From IMG/VR virus record IMGVR_UViG_3300012950_000004, positions 1 to 57,281 of that record: a stretch of DNA of 57,281 bases. The stretch is one strand, 5' to 3'. The notes under the pieces were generated by a model. The model saw nothing but the letters and a program-made list of their open reading frames with translations, did not search any database and was not told where the DNA came from. The position numbers and the translations under genes are program-made. This DNA comes from a virus (taxonomy: Duplodnaviria; Caudoviricetes). Of the stretch, positions 54,651-57,281 are shown in pieces (positions within the stretch are counted from its first letter, which is position 1; each line of letters starts with the position of its first letter).

Positions 54651-57281
54651 ATGGATATTGCGACAGGGAATTGGTTTGAGTATCTTCGAGAAGAAGTTTT
54701 AATAGAGGGGCTGAGAGACATAGGGCTCCCCGAGAGAATCGTCGACTTTATCGAGAACGCGATGCCGAATGCACCCGAGAAGTCAAAGACATATGCAGGC
54801 AACCAGTGGAAGGAGAACAAGCTAAACCCCGGCTTTGTCTCGCGCCCACAAGGGTTCTGGGTCGACTGGATGAGGGAGAACTTCGAGGATCAGATACAGG
54901 TAAACACCATCCCAGACGGCGGCATTGTCGCACGCACAGTCACCCCCTATCGCGTCAACCGCGACGTGGGACCGCAAGCGCGCATGGCATACGATGAAGA
55001 AACCATCGAGCAAAACAAGAAGATCGCTTTCGTTGTTCAGAATGTAAAGGCTGCTATCGGCAAGCCCTGCGGTACATGGCGCAAGTCATTCATGAAGGCA
55101 ACCAAGTCACTAAGTAAAGCCGGCGTTCCTTCTGAAAAGGTCGAGAAAGTAAAAGAGTATCTTCGAGCATTTATGATGGACGAGTTCCGTCGCTGGTGGA
55201 ATCGGTATGATCTGTTGTTTTCTTGGCTAAATAGCGAGCCCACCAACTACGAAATGATCAAGGGTTTAGAACATATTAGTGACGCCCACGACATAGCCGA
55301 AGAGGATCTGAAATCTCGGGAAGATCCTGAGAATGTCATTCACACTTTCGAAGACGGCTCATACTGGTACAACCTCGATACATCTAACTGCTCCGTGGAA
55401 GGCGAGCGCATGGGACATTGTGGTGGTGACACCCGCGGCGTTCTAGTCTCGCTCCGCAAGCGATATCCGGGTCGCAAAGCATCCTCGTCTTATGTCACAA
55501 TGACATGGGAAGATGAAGGCTACGGCGGCAACTACCTCTACCAAATTAAGGGGCGCTCCAACGACGCGCCACCCCACGACACATGGGATCACATCGATTG
55601 GTTCATTAAGAACTTGGGTATCACCGCAGTCCAAGAGAGCGGAGAGCACTCAAACGATCTGGAAGGTTTTGTAGAAATGAACAATTACCTCGCGGGACAA
55701 AACCCCAGCGTCAGCTTTGAAGGTCAGGTCGACCAAGATGCCATTCAAGAGGCGATAGACGAGGTGGTAAACGCTTATGAGGGCGAGAACTCGTCCATTA
55801 GCGGAGAAGTGATGGGCCCCGATGAACACGGCGGCGATGCTGGTGTATATGTATATATGAGTGGCTACGCCAACCTACAGATCGATCTGGGCTGGAAAGG
55901 GTTTAGATATGGAGATAACGAATACAAAGCCACCCTTGGTCCCGACGATGGCACCCCAGACGAGCGGTTCGAGACCATCCCCGGCAACACTTGGGGAACC
56001 CCCGCACGAGATTTTCAAAGCGAGACAGAAATAGAGAATGTCGAGTGGGATCTACCGGGCGAAGATGGCGAGATTGACTGGGACGTTAAAATGCTGACTG
56101 GCGCACACCCCGACTGGGAACTTGGCGATCCAGATCCGCCCGCGACCGCACATCTTGAGATCACTTTTAGCACAGCCGATCAGGAAAGTGTAGAGGACGA
56201 AGATGACGCAACACGCAATGCTCAATACTTTGCGGATGCCATGACGGAGAACTTCGAAGATAAACACGAAGAGATCCACGAACACATACGCTCCAAACTA
56301 GCAGAAGAAGGCTACGCCGCCAAGACTGCCTTTGATCGCGAGCAGCAAGGCATGAGCGAAATGGGGCTTGACCATTGGAAGGTCTATAAAGACGGACCAA
56401 AGCTGGAGTTCTGGTTCAGGCGCACCCGGCGCCACGACAGTGCGTTGTTAAACTCTGGCGGAGAAGTCGGCTCTGTCCCACAACTAGTCAAGATGTGGGG
56501 ATTTGATGAGACGCGAGACGGACACATCGATGGAATATACAGTAGAATGTTTGGTTCGCGCCCTGCCCCTGGCCGGCCAGTCCGTATAGAGAACGACGAT
56601 CTTAGCCGCAACATGGCGAGAAACTTAGAGAAACTTTATAGAGCAAAAGAACAGCCCGCAGCAGGACAGCAGCAGCTAGCCCTTGGCGATGAATATAAAG
56701 CACCCCCACCATCTCTGGTGTTGGCGAAGGACTCGCGCTTTATCATCATGCCCGAGACTACTCACCAAGCCGAACGATACCCCACTATGTTGCTCAACTG
56801 GAAGTATGAGATTGCGGTGAGCAGCAAGTCATCGCCCGAAGAAGTTGAAGTTGTCAAAGACATTGTGAAATACTTTAACGAACACCCTGATATGGTGGAA
56901 GAAGCAGCAGCAGAAACAATCCGTGTCCCGCTGGAGTCAATAAAAGCACTCGCAGACGCCACCAAAGCCGATGTCACGTCAGGCAAGTGGGCACAGCACG
57001 CTATCCAAACTATCGACAGCCAGTACGGAGGCAGGGCTATGTCTGGCTCCGACGAGTGGGCAGAACGCATAATAATGATTGCCAAATGGATCAAGGAAAA
57101 CTTTGATCAGATGGATGAAGTTGAGAAATGGGTTGCGTGGTACAAATACTTGTCGCCGTTGAAAGAGGGGCGCTTTAATATGGCGCGTGAGGGAGGTGTC
57201 GAGTTGGACGACGATGCCAATCTTGGTCGACCAGAGAATTGGAAGAAGCATGTCCAAGATCAGATGAGGAGGCTAGGCAGC
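54651..57281 (+). CDS. Large acidic protein (3'-truncated) containing a PcfJ-like domain
   Basis: Missing from the ORF track because no stop is reached in the window. ATG 54651 follows GAGGT and an ACTATTTA box; the frame is open in the parts I translated (first ~1 kb and the window end). Contains EGERMGHCG...LVSLR...YVT...QIKGRSN. Confidence 0.75.
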   Translation, partial: MDIATGNWFEYLREEVLIEGLRDIGLPERIVDFIENAMPNAPEKSKTYAGNQWKENKLNPGFVSRPQGFWVDWMRENFEDQIQVNTIPDGGIVARTVTPYRVNRDVGPQARMAYDEETIEQNKKIAFVVQNVKAAIGKPCGTWRKSFMKATKSLSKAGVPSEKVEKVKEYLRAFMMDEFRRWWNRYDLLFSWLNSEPTNYEMIKGLEHISDAHDIAEEDLKSREDPENVIHTFEDGSYWYNLDTSNCSVEGERMGHCGGDTRGVLVSLRKRYPGRKASSSYVTMTWEDEGYGGNYLYQIKGRSNDAPPHDTWDHIDWFIKNLGITAVQESGEHSNDLEGFVEMNNYLAGQNPSVSFEGQVDQDAIQEAIDEVVNAYEGENSSISGEVMGPDEHGGDAGVYVYMSGYANLQIDLGWKGFRYGDNEYKATLGPDDGTPDERFETIPGNTWGTPARDFQSETEIENVEWDLPGEDGEIDWDVKMLTGAHPDWELGDPDPPATAHLEITFSTADQESVEDEDDATRNAQYFADAMTENFEDKHEEIHEHIRSKLAEEGYAAKTAFDREQQGMSEMGLDHWKVYKDGPKLEFWFRRTRRHDSALLNSGGEVGSVPQLVKMWGFDETRDGHIDGIYSRMFGSRPAPGRPVRIENDDLSRNMARNLEKLYRAKEQPAAGQQQLALGDEYKAPPPSLVLAKDSRFIIMPETTHQAERYPTMLLNWKYEIAVSSKSSPEEVEVVKDIVKYFNEHPDMVEEAAAETIRVPLESIKALADATKADVTSGKWAQHAIQTIDSQYGGRAMSGSDEWAERIIMIAKWIKENFDQMDEVEKWVAWYKYLSPLKEGRFNMAREGGVELDDDANLGRPENWKKHVQDQMRRLGS

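Noticed and set aside
54748-57257. Apparent gene-poor region with only short ORFs in the track
   Set aside because: It is explained by one long + strand ORF from 54651 that runs off the window end.

Overview
The window is 57 kb from a large T4-like (myovirus-type) tailed phage, and all credible genes lie on the + strand in the standard code. Bases 1-21.9 kb hold a virion morphogenesis block: a partial fibre-like gene, scaffold, gp23-type major capsid, neck and tail-completion proteins, sheath, tube, a gp26/gp51-like pair, tape measure and baseplate. Bases 21.8-57.3 kb hold a replication and accessory block: minimal family A polymerase, divergent tubulin/FtsZ-like protein, gp32-like SSB, tRNA-Met, Dam, an SF2 helicase plus nuclease cassette, RecA, 5'-3' exonuclease, DnaB, class II RNR, endolysin, DnaE, two ClpP, a J-domain protein, GroES, GroEL, IMPDH/GMPR, PMM and acidic putative head-internal proteins. 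Two promoter classes are readable: near-consensus sigma70 promoters before replication genes, and an ACTA(A/T)TTA box before structural and lysis genes. The best leads are: a probable +1/-2 frameshift joining the gp26- and gp51-like ORFs at the lambda G/GT position; a truncated PolA coupled to a degenerate tubulin; possible capsid-packaged cargo including a restriction-endonuclease-like domain; an RM-like helicase-nuclease cassette; and a recurring set of catalytically eroded enzyme homologues. All functional calls come from motif recognition by eye; no database search was run.
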